Shown: in pieces, positions 47,101-61,349 of the stretch
How positions within the stretch are numbered: position 1 is the first letter of the stretch
Layout: each line of letters begins with the position of its first letter
Assembly: GCA_026025075.1 (NCBI GenBank)
Contig: JAPEUI010000001.1
Coordinates: 310,001-374,000, forward strand
Reading direction: 5' to 3'
DNA length: 64,000 bases
Origin: Vezdaea acicularis
Lineage: Eukaryota
Program-made: the position numbers and the translations under genes
Notes under the pieces: model-generated
Told to the model about the DNA's origin: nothing
Database searches by the model: none
The model's input: the letters and a program-made list of their open reading frames with translations, nothing else

Positions 47101-50100
47101 TCGTCATCAATGAAACCGCTGTCGTTTGCGAAGGCTCCCGGAAGTGCAGCCTTCCGCTTGAACTGGAAAGTGTCCTCCCGACCAGATGAACTAGTATCAG
47201 AAGTCTTGCTAGCAGAGGAGAGATGACCATTTGACTCGGCCGACTGAGAATGGGGGGCGTTTTGAGCGTTTTTCGCCCAGGTCGGGGGTGTAGGTGTATC
47301 CGGCGGAGCACTAAGAACGCTGTCACCGAAATCTTCGCCTTCTGTTTCGTCATCATAGTCGAGGCCATACGTGGTGAAGTGTTCGACATCGAAAGTCCAA
47401 ATTCCAGTGTTGGCATCGTAATCCTTGAAGATTGTGCCAGGTACACGCTTCAGCCGCTCAATATGTTTCTGGTACTTGGGTCCCTTAGTATCGTAAGACG
47501 CAACACGACCACCCCTGGCTCTTGGCCAGGAGTTCAAGAGGGCAATCGTAGCGGGCACATTCAATCCCTTGCCAACTTCGGGGGTTACGACCTCCTGGGG
47601 GTATACAGTGAGCGATCGGACTGTAATCCTCACGAGCTTTTCAAAGATATCTTCTATTGGTATCCCTGTAAGGTCTACAGGTACATTGAATGTGACCGAA
47701 CCCGCTCCTTCTCGACCCACAGTGAGATTGGAGACTTTCTTCAATTGATCCCGTGTCATCATTTTGATCTCCTCTTTCGTGGGGCTCATATAGTATTCAC
47801 CCAACTGCTGATCATCATGAGAGACCTGCCCGTTGAGTGTAGGCTTATTTGCAACAGGGACTGCCGAGCTTTCGTTTTCGGGCACCACCTCGAGCTCATT
47901 ACCACGTACCTGAGTCATCTCGGGCTGCGTGGCTTGCTGCTGTGATTGGGAGTCGGAGGCACTAGGCTCACTTGTAGTGGAGCTTTGAGTCGGGCGTATT
48001 GAAGATCGAAGGAAGCCTTGCTCCTCAGCGCTCGGCGTGGCGCTGTTGGTTACACTTGTATCAAAGCTGACTCGCTTTTTGAGTTTGCCTGCACCTTGTG
48101 CGAATACATCAGCTTTTTCAAGCATAGATGGGGGTGTTTCTTCACGACTGGGACTAGCAAATAAATCTCCTCGGATACTCCGGTTGATGGTGAGCTTCTT
48201 GAGCGCGCTGCCATTTCGAAGGCGATTGCTGCTCGCAGAGAATGCTCCTGGTGCTAGGACACTTTCTTCGCCATCAAAGTTACGTCGGAGATTGCTGGTA
48301 GATAAACTCTTCCCTAGGCTTCGAGAAAGGCTACCACCAAGAAAGCTGCTGTTCAGTCCCATCGGCGTACTCGCCGTACTGGAAGCTCCACTCCCAGGCG
48401 TGCCATAGGTACTATAAGAGAAACCGTAGCCTCGTCGAGTAGGTGTACCGAAACGGGAAGCTCCGTTTTGCATCCTCCAGTTGGGAATGATGACACTCTT
48501 CTTCTGATTTCTCGATGCCGACAGTGGAGTCGCGAGAGGTCCTAGGGTTGAGCCAGAACCGTAGCTTGAGAAAAGCCCGTTGGAATTCCCAAAGGCGCTT
48601 CCGTCGAGGAGAGAAGTAGTCATAAGCGATTGCTGTGGCGTCTGCTGCTGCTGAGATTGCTGCGTAGATCCAAGGAGGGAATTGTTGGCCCCAAACAGGG
48701 AATTTGACGCCTGTGGCTGCTGGTTCTGATTGTTTGTGGAACCGAACAGGCCACCAGTGTTTGACTGAGTGTTAGAGTTTTGCGCCCCAAACCCACTACC
48801 AAAGAGGCCGCCAGAAGGATTAGTTGTGGTCGTGGAGCCTCCAAATAGGCCACCAGGTTTCTGCGCCGAATTGGTAGCTCCGAACAGCCCTGTCCCCTGG
48901 CTTTGGTTGGCGTTATTGGTATTGAGAGAGCCAAAAAGACCACCGCCTCCGCTATTGCTATTTGTATTTCCTCCGAATAGACCTCCGCCCGTGTTGGTAG
49001 TGTTTGTCTTATTTTGCCCAAATAGTCCCCCAGTTTGATTCTGAGTGGAGGCATTTCCGAAGAGGCCTCCTGAAGGCTGCTGGGTGGTATTAGTATTGTT
49101 GGTAGCACCGAATAAGCCTCCGCCTGTAGTGTTCGAGTTGTTGCTCGCCCCAAATAGGCCGCCAGCAGGCTTTTGTTGATTCTGAGCTCCAAATCCGCCA
49201 AACAAAGACCCGGACGAATTCTGTTGTGGCTGTTGGGTCTGTTGGTTCTGACCAAAGCCACCGAAAAGACCGCCTGAGCCAGTTCCTTGCTGGGTCTGGT
49301 TGCTTCCAAAACCCGCGGTGGCATTATTTGACCCTCCGCCAAAAAGACCGCCGCTGGATGTAGTATTGTTCCCGAAGGCTGTCGCTCCAGTATTACCAAA
49401 CCCCGTGCCAGTACTAGTTCCAGATCCGAAGCCTGCTGTTGTATTGTTATTCGCGCCAAAGAGATTGCTTGTACCCGAATTACCCCCAAACCCTGTCGTC
49501 GTATTGTTGCTGGTTCCGAACAAACCTCCACCGGAAGGCGCCGAAGAAGCCGTTGAGCCAAATAGGCTTCCAGTCGACTTATTATTATTTCCAAAGAGCC
49601 CTCCTGTGTTATTCGATTGAGAGCCAAACCCAGTGCCTGAGTTAGATCCAAAGCCGGTAGCCGTGTTCGTAGGATTGCTTCCAAACAATCCGCCGCCACC
49701 TCCACCGCTACCACCGAATGCGGTTGATCCTCCTCCAAAGCCTCCAAAGGTATTCGACTGACCAAACGCACCGGCTTGACCATTAGCGTTGCCAAAGCGA
49801 CGACCAGCTATATAGTCAGCACATCTCAGCTCCTTTATGTAAAGTTAGCCAAAGAATCAAATTTTATCTTACCAATGGAATGTTACTTACTTCTAGAGAA
49901 TACTTTTGATATGGTTGCATAAAAGTGATCGTCTGGTAATGGTTTGTGCCAGTCGCATTGCCCTCCTTGTCGGTATAGGCCTGGAAAGGAGTAGTACCTG
50001 TCCCTTCACTTGGCTGGGTGACACCACCTAGAGCGGTGCCAGCGCCTCCACCAAATGCATTAGTTCCGGTGCTGGAGGCCCCAAACCCAGTAGATCCAGA

Positions 50101-50977
50101 GCCACCGAAGAGGTTTGATCCCGTTGATGCATTGCCCCCGAATGTACTTGTCTTGTTGCCACTACCGAAGAGACTGGCCCCCGTATTACCGGAGCCGAAA
50201 GTTGACGTTGTATTCGTGTTGCTTGATCCGAACCCTCCGAAGCCGCCGGTGCCTGCTGTTGCAGTGTTGTTTCCAAATAATCCACCACTGGATGTCGTAT
50301 TTGAGGCGCCAAAAGCAGGCTTGCTTGCGCTGCCGAATAATGAACCGGAATTAGATGAGCCAAATCCTGCTTGAGCTGAGAAATATGTTAGCGATGGATC
50401 CATGGTTAATCTACTAGTACAAGTATTCAAGCCATCTTTCATAAGCATCGCTCCGTCTACCGTTTGAGAGACCTGAAGTTCACGGCACTGGCTCCATGAA
50501 CGCGTCCGGATGCTCATATACTTGAAAGCATCATGTTTCACATAGTACAGAGCAGTGGAGTGGGCTTAGGAGGGAAGGAAACGAGGAGGCCAGAGATCCT
50601 CTCGCCCCTAATATCAACGTACCTCCTCCCGAGCCAAAGCCAGAAGACGTATTGCCAAACAAGCCTCCCCCAGAAGTATTGGTGGTATTATTTGCACCAA
50701 AGCCTGTGTTGCTTGAACCAAAGCCTGTTTGTGGGGCAAAGATGTCAGGTCATACTCGACTCGATCTGCGGCATGATATCGAACACCCTTCAGATTGACA
50801 AGGGCCAACCTTGGAAGCAAACACCTTCTGCTGGAAAAGGTGACAGAATAGAAAAGAAGAAATGTTGGACCTACCAGTATTAGTATTGCTGCTCGATCCA
50901 AATCCACCAAACCCAGTATTCTGCTGCTGGTTATTATTTGAGCCGAAACCCCCAAAGCCGCCGCCGAACGTAGACAT
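44184..50977 (-). CDS. NUP145: GLFG nucleoporin Nup98-Nup96 precursor (Nup145/SONB), multi-exon
   Basis: Extensive GGLFG/FG repeats, GLEBS region (YQTITFMQPYQKYSLE|ELRCADY), autoproteolytic domain ending WTFDVEHFTTYGL, Nup96-like C-terminal part (WKQAFGMRLWYG; IPEAWIWEAK). Confidence 0.95.
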
Positions 50978-52481
50978 GATATGTCAGACACCTGTCTCAG
51001 CTGCGGTAACTAATGCTGAAATAGCTCATTCATGGACAAAGGCTTCGTAGAGATTGATCTTTTGAGAATATGTTGCGCTCTTTATGTGAAGGGCCGGATA
51101 GGCAGACTATGCGAAGTCGCGCCTCTGCAGGACGCGCAGCAAAAATTTTTAGGATTGCCTTCAGCTGGAAGAATTGGTTGACGTATAACGTACTCTAAGG
51201 AGACGTTCGCAACGATGCGAAGACCGGGCAACGCGATCTTATGAATGGAATCGTGGGCACGAGAAGAGGGTGAGATGGTACAGAGGGAAAGAAGTGGAGG
51301 TTGACGCGCTTTGGAGAGAAGCATAGAAAAAGGGCTGGTTGGTGTTGGCCTAGCGAGTTAGGCTCCTTCGCTTATTGTTCAATGCAGCGACCAAAGAGCG
51401 GATGACACACACCACGCAAGTTTCCGAGTGCTCGAGGCCACTGCTGCCTGCGGAGTTTTCGGCCCTCAGAGACTTTCGACTCTGATTGGACGAACCCTTC
51501 TCCGCCTCAGCGCTCGGGGCACCCGGATTAGTCAGTTATCAAAGGCTTCATCGGCCTGGATTCAAAGAGACCCGTTTCAGACCTAGATGATGCCTTGCAC
51601 TGGACCTCACATATGACTAATATCGGAAATATTCAGGTTAAGATAACCTTAACGTGTGCACGTGTTTGACGGACATTTTCGAAATTTAGTTCTGATTATA
51701 GGACAGCAATTGCGGCTTGCCTAACCCCTTTGCGCCAGAATGGGAACCCTCACCGTGTCTTTGATAGGCTTTCATATGAGTGATCCTTTCCTGGGATTTT
51801 TCTGAACCTGACGGGGGCCTAGAACTGCTTGAATTGATGATTGTGTCGTACTGAGTGAAGTCCCCTTCGCGATAATCGCGAACGAAATTATTGTCACCGA
51901 GTCCGCATCTTAGAGGTCCCGAATATTCACCATTTCGACACTTTAAACATTCAGAAAAGATGAGCAAAACATGTCCTCAATACAGGGGCTTTTAGCGAAT
52001 TGTTTCTCCGGCTCATTGAATGCTAGATCAATGATAAAGGAAGTGAACGGCTCTCAAGGTCACGAGCCTCTTTGTTCTCCCAGCCAGAGGAAAAGCCCTT
52101 TGATGCCAACCACAATGTCGCATTCAGAGCTATAGCAGTATATCAAGTGACTCTCAGTTTGACAGAATACCTCATTAGGGTAAATAAAAAGCCAACATTG
52201 AAGTTCGGTAATGACCCTGCTGGAAAAATGACCCAAGGACAGCAACCCGCCGGATCGCGCCTCGCGTCTCTCGAACGTCCCGCAAGCTCAACACCACGCA
52301 CAAAATCTCCGCCCGCATTGAATCTCAACCCCCGCGATCCCTCCCAACTCCGCAGAACCACACCTTCTCTAGACCACACTTCATTCCTCCGCCCTCTCGG
52401 CTATCCTTCCAAAGACTCACCACAAAATCCAAACCCCGATCTCCCACGCCCTCCCAACCCCAGCACCACAATCCTCCACCA

Positions 52482-53156
52482 ATGGCCTCCTCGCACCCCA
52501 CCTTCCCCCAACGGCCCTACACCTCCTCCCTCAGCAAACTCCCCGACCGCACCGCCAACCCCAGCGGCAGCAGCAGCACCGCCGCTGCAGCCGCCGCCGC
52601 CGCACGAGAAGCCCAAAGAGCCGCCGAGCGCGAAGCCGCCACGCCTTTGTCCGAACTGTCCGAAGAGCAAATCCAAGAGATCAACGAAGCATTCTCATTG
52701 TTCGACCTCGACAAGGACAAGCGCATCGACTACCATGAGCTGAAAGTGGCCATGAAAGCCCTCGGCTTCGACCTACCAAAGAGCGAGATCCTGAGCATTT
52801 TGAATACGCACGGAACGGTGCCGACGGCAGCGGCGGCGGCGTCAACACAATCGGGGGGACAGGCTCAGCGGCAGGCGGGCAGGACACCGCGGCCGACGGT
52901 GACGTTGGCGACGTTCCAGCATTTGATGGCGACGAAGATTTTGGCGCGAGACCCCCGCGAGGAGATACTGCGCGCGTTCGAGCTGTTTGATGAGGGCGGG
53001 AAGGGTAGGATTGATTTGGAGGATTTGAGGAGGGTGGCGAGGGAATTGGGGGAGGGGCTTGAGGAAGAAGAGCTGGTGGCTATGATTGAGGAGTTTGATC
53101 TCGAGGGCAAGGGGGGGGTGAGCAGAGAGGAGTTTGTGGGTATTTGCTTGCAGTAG
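52482..53156 (+). CDS. CDC31: Centrin (EF-hand calcium-binding protein)
   Basis: [65 protein letters not shown]. Confidence 0.93.
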   Translation: MASSHPTFPQRPYTSSLSKLPDRTANPSGSSSTAAAAAAAAREAQRAAEREAATPLSELSEEQIQEINEAFSLFDLDKDKRIDYHELKVAMKALGFDLPKSEILSILNTHGTVPTAAAAASTQSGGQAQRQAGRTPRPTVTLATFQHLMATKILARDPREEILRAFELFDEGGKGRIDLEDLRRVARELGEGLEEEELVAMIEEFDLEGKGGVSREEFVGICLQ

Positions 53157-53791
53157 AGAGGGGCTTAAGGTGATCAGGTATTCATGACATTTTCTAAGAA
53201 CAAATCACAACGGCGCTGGAGTTAATGCTTCTTTTCCCTGGAAGGGACATGGAGCGAGAACAGGTCATGGAGTTGGTAATACGGTAGCCATTGGATGTGT
53301 AGAAAACCCACTATTTGGATACATGATAAAGCTGAATAAGACGGACGAGAAAGGGAATACTATCTATAGTAAGGACTGCGTAGTCAAACCCGTCACCATC
53401 TATGTTCCCCCTCAACGTGTAGCAAAGCCAAGCGCGAGTAACGTTACAACTCCAATGGCGCCCGCTAGATTCGTGCTCAAACTATCATTACGTTGATGTA
53501 CTATTCGGCCCCGCAGGTTGAGAAAGGGCAATAGGAGATGTAAAGGAGTGACATCGTTCCAGCGGAAAGGTTGAGGACAATAAGAATGAGAAAGATCCTG
53601 CTTTAGATGGCATTAAGATTTTCGACTGATTGAAAGGAAATCTATTTGACGGAAAAGAGATGACCATATGCGTAAAGACTGCCGCCCCCTAACTATTTTG
53701 GATCCTGCGCCATGGAACACCGGAAGATTTTGTAAATTTCAATATGTTTGTTTTGGCACATCGTGTCGATTAACAAGATAGAGGATTCTAT

Positions 53792-55467
53792 TTAGGAGAC
53801 CTGAGTAGTCCACACTTGCTCGCCCATCCTCTTCGTGTCATATGGATCCGGGGGTGGCTCGGTGCTCTGAGGGCGGCGGATGCTGCTCGGATAATACATA
53901 TGACCAACGCTTGCATATGGATCTGGGTAGACATATGGATCCTGATGTCCTGGGGACATACCAGTGGCTTGGGAGTGCCATCCGACCGTGTTCATGTGTG
54001 CGTTTCCATTTTGAACTGTCATCTGGCGATCACCATGAGGGTGTGGCTCCATTGTAGATGGCAGATGACCGTAGGGCGCGGGATGCGAAGTATTCGCTGT
54101 TCGACGATGCCCCATAACGTTACTTGACAAGGAAGACGTCGAGCCCGTAGGTGACGACCGAGGCGAGGCTTGTGGAAGATCAGTTCTCAAATGGTGTGGC
54201 AGAGCACCAGACGTCAAGTAAGCATAGTCCGTTGCTTGGCGATGCATGCTCGGAATTGGCGGCGGAAGTTGATCCGCGGTAGGGGACATCGAGATGCTAC
54301 GATGCCCTGGCGATGGAGTTGACACGGGCGATCCAGTATGCGAGTAATTGCCGCCATCTGATCGAGGGCGTCCTGGTCGACCTGGAACAGGGCGAGAGGC
54401 TAGAGCCGCAGCAGTTGCAGCGGCAGCCTCTTCAACAGTACCCGTGTGATGGTTTTGATGTCGTGTCAGTGTTGTTCGACGGGTAAACGTTTTCTGGCAA
54501 TCGGCATAGGGGCATTTATAAGGTCGTTTGCCGGAATGGATACGCCTGTGACGCGCCAGAGAACTAGAATCGCTGAATGGCTAGATGAGAACATAACTTG
54601 TTAGCTGTGAGGCTCATGCCATATGAGTTGAGGTTTCCTTGAGCACTGAGTTTCTGCTAAATAGGACTGGAAAATATGTGTGAGGACATAAGGGATGTTA
54701 TGCTTGTCCTGAAGAGATATTAAATAGCCGGACATAATTCAATGGAAAAGTGATTCTGATGACAAGGCCCACACATGTACAAGTGTGCCACGTTGTAGTT
54801 ACACCCAAATGAAATAAAACTTCTTGAGTGGAACCAAAGTACATACCTTCCCACAACGTTCACACATATGAGGCTTCTCTCCGGTGTGGACACGAGCATG
54901 GACTGTCAGTGCGGACCGCTGGATGAACTGTTTCCCACACCCCGGATAATCGCAGACATGAGGCCGAACCCCACTGTGAATGCGCTCTGCATATGATGTC
55001 AGTTTACGGAAAAACAGATGCCTTTCAAATAACAAACCGTGCCGGGCCAGATCACTCCTCCGAGCAAAACCCTTTCCACAAGAGCTGCAGGGAAAAGCCT
55101 TCTGCACCTGATCTCCAGATGATGATCGACCTCGATCACCCTGATGCATCATGGCGCTCTCATATCCGGTGCTTCCCATGTAGCCGTTCGGAAGCATGGC
55201 TAGAGGATTGTGCATTGCTGTGGGTGAGGCGTACCGCATGCCATTTGGTAGAGCCATTGCATGTAACGCCTGCTGGGCTCCTCTTGAAGAGAACCGGGAA
55301 GAGTGCCCGGAGCTTCTGCGATCATCACGCTCAGATCCAGTGTCCGAGGGCGACCGACCTGTTGCATGGGCAAGCTGCTGTTGGAGTTGATGTTCCGCAT
55401 TGCCACCTGCCGCTGCCGCCGCCGCTGCGGCCCCACCTTTGCTATTAAGTATATTGGTAATATCCAT
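53792..55467 (-). CDS. C2H2 zinc-finger transcription factor with four fingers (RfeC-like), 3 exons
   Basis: [76 protein letters not shown]; introns at about 54988-55038 and 54581-54846. Confidence 0.9.
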
Positions 55468-58400
55468 GAGAGCTTTCCCACGGGACTTTCTTTTAGAGTA
55501 GATGGTCCAGTATTAAATATGATAGACGGCGTGAAAGGTCCGAGAGTAAGGTTAAATAGCCGGTAGGGCAGAAGAAAAGAAAGAATGAGAGGACAGCGAT
55601 GCGTGATAATACTTATATCATGGATGTTTTATGCTGCAAGTGTGGGGCATGCGAGCTACGTCGCGTGGGCAGGTAAGACAGATTTAATTTAGAGGAAGCT
55701 CGAATTAAGGCGCGGCTATGAGGATAGGGCTATGAGGGAATGAGGACAGGACAGGACAGGAGGAGAATCGACACCATAAGAGAGAGAAGGGGTGAGTGAG
55801 GTCAGGATGCCTGCTCCCGGCATGGCCTCGAGAATCCCTCACCCTTGAAGACCCTGCGCGCATCATTGTCTGGAATGTGGCATCGACATCTTCTCTGGCT
55901 TAGAAGGGCCAGATTGGAAGAGGTCTAGCGTGTCGGACGACTGGCTATCGAATATTCGAAATTCGAGCCCCGCGAGACATTGCAATACAGTCACCAAACG
56001 ATGCCATCGTGTTTCTCTGTCCACGATGCTCGCTGGTAAATAGCGCAAAGGAGACTCAGTCCATAAGCGGCGGAAGTCCGTTGATTGGTGTCGCGTGCAA
56101 TCCCTCGCCATTCGTGCTCGCCTCTATTATCGGACAACCTCGCCTTCTCGCCGTCCTTCATACAACGACAACATAATCATTCAACTTCATTCTAGTCATC
56201 GACCATAGTGCATCACCAAGAGACGATCCGTGCCCAGGAACCGCATCGCCTCTCGCCTTTGCCCACTTACTGCAGAGTTTGCGGCAATCACGCCGTGAGA
56301 GAACGGCGGCGTCGCCAGCCAATCATCTTGCGGCGCCGTGGGATGGTGGAAACGCAGCTTGACGCACCGACCACCCCCATAGCCGTCCGATGAGACCGTG
56401 AGGAACATTAGGAACATTCTGCGAATCCTTCTAGTGGGAGGCTACGTTCGGGCCCCTCTCACCTGTCGCCCTGGCTGGCTTTTGTTTATTTCTCCTCCAA
56501 AATGTGGCTGTCGTTTTGCGCTTCATTTTCTCGTCGAGATTAAAACTGTTTCCAAGATAGAAATCGTCACAGTGATTGTACGATCTCTTTAGCGTTTCCT
56601 CGACGTGCATTGATTCTACACGCCGTCACATCTCAGGCCTCTATCGTTGTCTATCTCGTACTTATTATTACTGCATGAGGCTTGGTGCGTATTCCTTCCA
56701 TGGCATCGCAGGTCAAAGGGACAGGGATTGAAGCCCACGTCGCGCCAGCGTCTCACATGCTCGAGGTCCAGACTAGCACCCAACATTAAAGTCGCTGCAA
56801 CGCTACACACCAGTCACAATCCGCTTCTTACGCCATCACCCCTCCTCAATGGCCGACGGCCGAAGGTCGGGTCCATGTTTCGCGATGCGCGCACAGCACG
56901 CAGCCTTCCCAACCCCCCTTAGACCCCGAGATCTATGGCCGCCCGAGCAGGACACTTCGACCCTTAGGCCTCGAGACGCACCTACATGGTCTGCCCATCT
57001 ATCTTCCCACCATTGTATACGATGGGGATGCGGACTGTGGGTGGTTCAGGCCGCGAAGGAGTCAGTGAGCCGCCTTGCATCGTACGCTGCCGAGACTCGT
57101 TGTCCACGTTCATCCATGCCCACGTACTAACGGTTGGCCATTGTCGAGACGACAAGCCCTCACACTCACCTCCAAGGCGATGCCGCTTTCTTGTATAGAC
57201 GAGGCTGGTCTTTGCTGGCCATACAAGGACTGGGCGGGTGCGCTCCGAGCTTCCGCTCTGTTCGTCATCTCTCAGTCTATCAAAGAGGCCTAATGCAGCC
57301 TCTCCATGGCCATGCTCGCGCCACTCTCCGCGCAACAGCAAAGATCGCGCTGAAGCGCTTTGGCAACGTAAAACACTTTAAAATTCAAGTAACCCTAGCT
57401 GGAATCGACACGCCGCTCTTTCGCCGACGGAATACTCCGTGGGGAGATCATGCGCAAGTAAACGACGTATACTTCCTCGTAGGGCAGCTTTTGACAGCTG
57501 GATCCTTCTCTCGGAAACCGAAAGACTGGTCCTGTGTTATCTCCTCCAATCAGCAGACCATGGTCCTCATCTTGAAGTTATTTCCGCAGGTATTGCCGCA
57601 AAGACTCCGAATCTTATGTGAAGGGTCTTGGTGGCGGATTGAGCTCTTTTGCTGACAAGGCAGCCATCCAAGACTGAGCACGGGCCCACAACTGCAGCCG
57701 CAGCAGGAGGAGGTCCGATAACACGACACTATTCCGATGCTTCGCTCGATGGGGGCGTGACTCTAAAAACGGCCGATTGAGACATGGAGAGTGCTCTCGT
57801 AAATCGCTCACAAGGCGCCGTAAGGCCCTCGATGCTAGCCTACCATCGTCATTGCCTGAATTGTGAAGGACTCCCAAATGCGCTTTGCACTTGGCGAGGC
57901 CATGCCCCGTGCCCTGTGTCCTATGTTTCAACTACCGACACGGCCTTTCTCTCATTAGCCCAGATGTACTGAGACATTGGGAAGCCCGTTCAACACCGTA
58001 GAAAGGTTCTGGAAATACTTGGTTCCGATCATCCCATGGAATTACACGCGACGGCATACTTTGTCCTGCAGGTGACATTGTTTCAAGATGTTTTCCGGGG
58101 CTGATTTTGATTGACTGAGGAAGCCTGGTAGACCGATAAATCTAATGGCGAGGCTTGTCTTTGACCGGTGGCGACAGGAGCTCGGCCCGACCTTCCACAG
58201 CGCTTCCTTTAGACGCGCGAAAGCGCGGAGAAACCTTGCAAGGAGGGAAAACAATTGGTGATTGACTTTACCTCTGATCTCATATTGAGAACACTGAACA
58301 TTGTTAGGTAACTTGCCACGTTGGACCTTGGACCGGGAGCAAAGAAACTAAACGCATCTTTGTTATTGATGTCTTGTGAGCATTTGAGGTTCTTGTCCCC

Positions 58401-59384
58401 CCTGAAGCCGGAACGTCTAGTCTCATCGAGCGCACTTAGATGTCAGCATTGAGGATAGTATAGTCGATAAGGCATCACAGCCTAGGAAAAGACTACTAAG
58501 GTCATATTGTGATCAAGCAAAATATCACATATGGGATTTTGCTCTACAAGAGCTTGAAGAACATGAAAGATATTTGCAAAATATTTTCCCGTATGAGACC
58601 TGGTAGAAGTGCAATGCTTCTTCTAAGCACTCCGATCGCGTGTGCAAATAATGGCAAACTACAATCAACTCAAACTTATGCCCCCTTAGAATCGTTGGTC
58701 TTCTGGTGATTGCCTGTCATTGGAACAAGGTAGGAGTAGTGTCATCCTAGATGAAAAGAGCCGTCAATTGATGACATCTGCCCACAATGTCAAATGCTTG
58801 AAATAAATGAATCCCAAGTGTCAGGCACAAGTGATGTGGATTTGACAATCAAATCAAAATTTGCAGATCCGGCTGTGTCCGCGAGAGCGAGCTCCATCGG
58901 TCTGCCACATCCGTGCCAAGCAATTCAGCCACACCTAGTTGCGAAGAGCGCTCGGTCATTCGTCATCTCCCACGCGGATGCATTGCGACCAGAGCATCTT
59001 TTTCCATCGTTTGTCGCCGTAGCCTCGACTTCATCGACAAAGCTGCTGACATCGACTATCAGACCGCGTGCCATTCAACTACATGAGTAATCGCCGGCCA
59101 ATCCAGTAGTTGATTGACCTTCCTAGTCGCTCTTAAGCTTGGCTCTGCTTAGTATTCCCTTGACGAACACTTACTCCACTTACACATCAGTTGAAAGTTG
59201 GCGGAGCTTTGGAATTCATATTTTCTTATAGCTATTGCTTCAAACGAACATCCAGCAGATACCATTGTATCAAGAAGATATCTCCTTATCGATCAGGACC
59301 TGAACGTCATAGAGACGCTCGGGCCAAGTCTTACCAGCTTGGTCTTTTTAGAGACGGCATAATTTTGCCGACAAGCTTGAAAAA

Positions 59385-61349
59385 ATGTCGAAAGTAATTC
59401 GCAGCGTCAAGAATGTCACGAAGGGTTATACTTCAGTGCAGGTGAAGGTTCGAAATGGTCAGTGACAACCGCTTTCGCACCAAGTCCGCGCTAAGTTATT
59501 GATTGCAGCAACGAGCAATGATCCGTGGGGGCCGACGGGAACGGATATGCAGGAGATTGCCCAGATGACTTTCAATAAGTATGAGCTTCAAGGTTGAAGA
59601 ACAGAACATTCTCTGACGTCAAGGGTTAGCTCTAGCGACTTCTTCGAGATAATGGACATGCTGGATAAGCGGCTGAATGATAAAGGCAAGAACTGGCGCC
59701 ATGTTTTAAAGGCATTGAAGGTTCTCGACTATTGTCTCCACGAAGGGTCCGAGCTTGTGGTGACATGGGCACGAAAGAACGTCTACGTCGTCAGGACACT
59801 GCGAGAGTTCCAGCATATAGATGAAGATGGTCGAGATGTCGGACAAAACAGTATGGCTTGACCCTGCTTTATGAAATTGGGCTGCGCTAACGGCTGGTTA
59901 GTTCGGGTATCTGCCAAGGAACTTACTGCATTAATCCAGGATGAGGAGCGATTGAAGGGCGAGAGGAGGGATAGGAAGTCGTGGAAGTCTCGCGTTACGG
60001 GTCTTGACGAATATGCACAAGAACCAACCACACCCCGACCAAAGCCCGACCGACGCAACCGTAGAGCTGAGGAGGAAGAGGCAGAAGTTCGACTAGCTAT
60101 CGAAGCTAGCAAGCATGAAGCTGAGGAAGAGAAAAGGAGAAGACAGCAGAGTCAGGCCCAGCCAGACGATGATGACTTACAGAAGGCGTTAAAGCTTAGC
60201 AAAGAAGAGGAAGAGCTTAGGCGGAGACAGCTGGAGGAGCAAAACGCAGCCGCCTTTTTTGATGACGACACTCCCACTCAGACCACCATGCCACAGCCAA
60301 CGGGTAACCAAGGTTATCATCAACAACCCGCAGTCGATTGGTTTGGCAACCCCATCGATCTCCAACAGCAGCAGCAACAACCCCAAAATACAGGGTACCT
60401 GAATTCGATGTACCAGCAACCCAACCAGTTCACCGGCCAAGTGACAGGCTTCCAACCCCAAATGACTGGCTATCAGAACGGCTTCCCAAATGGCTTCCAG
60501 CAGCAGCAGCAGCAGCAGCCGCAACCCACCGGCTTCGATCCTCAGACAGCATTCAACCCGCAAGCGAACAACAACTTCGGAATCCCCGGCAACCCCTACG
60601 CTGGCCAGAACCAACCCCCCTCTAGCACCGACCCCACTCCTACAGCTGGGACAAATAACCCGTGGGCAGCCGGCCACACCGCCGACGCGCTCAAGCCTGC
60701 CCCCACCGGCTCCAACAACCCCTTCGCCTCGTCCTTCGGCACCAGCAACGGCCCTGCCCAAAGCTTCCCCCGGCCCGCCAGCGCCCAACCCACCCTCACC
60801 ACCCTGAGCGAGCAAAAGACCCAGACGCAATTCAACAACCACTCCTTCAACCCCGCGACCTCGTTCCTTCCCCCCCCCCAACAACAAAACCCTCCCCCCC
60901 CCATACAAAAGGACAACACCCCCCAAAACCCGCACCACGCCCAACTCAACGCCCTCCTCGCCACCGGCGAGGGCCAGGACACCTTCGGCAACGTCGGCAA
61001 CACGCGCATCCCCGCCCAACACACCGCCCCCGGCACCTTTATCAACAGCGCCGGCGCCGGCGGCCTCGACCGCATGACCGCCTCCGCCACCGGCTCGAAC
61101 CCCTTCTTCAACTCCCAACAGTTCACAGGCGCCCCCGGCATGCATCCTGCTTTTGGCGGTGCCGCGCAGCAAGGCCTCGGAGGCCGTGTCATGCCCGCGC
61201 AGACCGGCCCCGCGGGCGTGGGGAGCGGGTTGGGCTTTGGTGGTAGTCCCAGCCCCTTTGCTACCCAGGGACAGCAACAGCAGCAGCAGCAGCAGGGACA
61301 GTATGGAGCGCAGCAGCAGCAGGGCGGCAATAGCTTGATCGATCTGTAG
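59385..61349 (+). CDS. ENT2: Epsin (ENTH domain, UIMs, NPF motifs, clathrin box), Ent1/Ent2-like
   Basis: MSKVIRSVKNVTKGY..ATSNDPWGP..KNWRHVLKALKVLDYCL; UIM-like LAIEASK and LQKALKLSK; NNPF/NPF; C-terminal SLIDL*. Confidence 0.92.

Noticed and set aside
47360..47400. HFT instead of HFS at the Nup98-96 autocleavage site
   Set aside because: To my knowledge Thr here is common in filamentous ascomycetes and it can serve as the nucleophile; not treated as novel.
48600..50970. Regularly spaced short repeats that could suggest an array
   Set aside because: They encode the GLFG/FG repeats of Nup98/Nup145; not CRISPR or a mobile element.
51000..52480. Short ORFs between NUP145 and CDC31, and adjacency of two nuclear-envelope-related genes
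   Set aside because: No recognisable homology in the ORFs; adjacency alone does not show a functional cluster.
57134..57655. 173-codon ORF in the long intergenic gap
   Set aside because: Non-ATG start, no motif and no evident codon bias.
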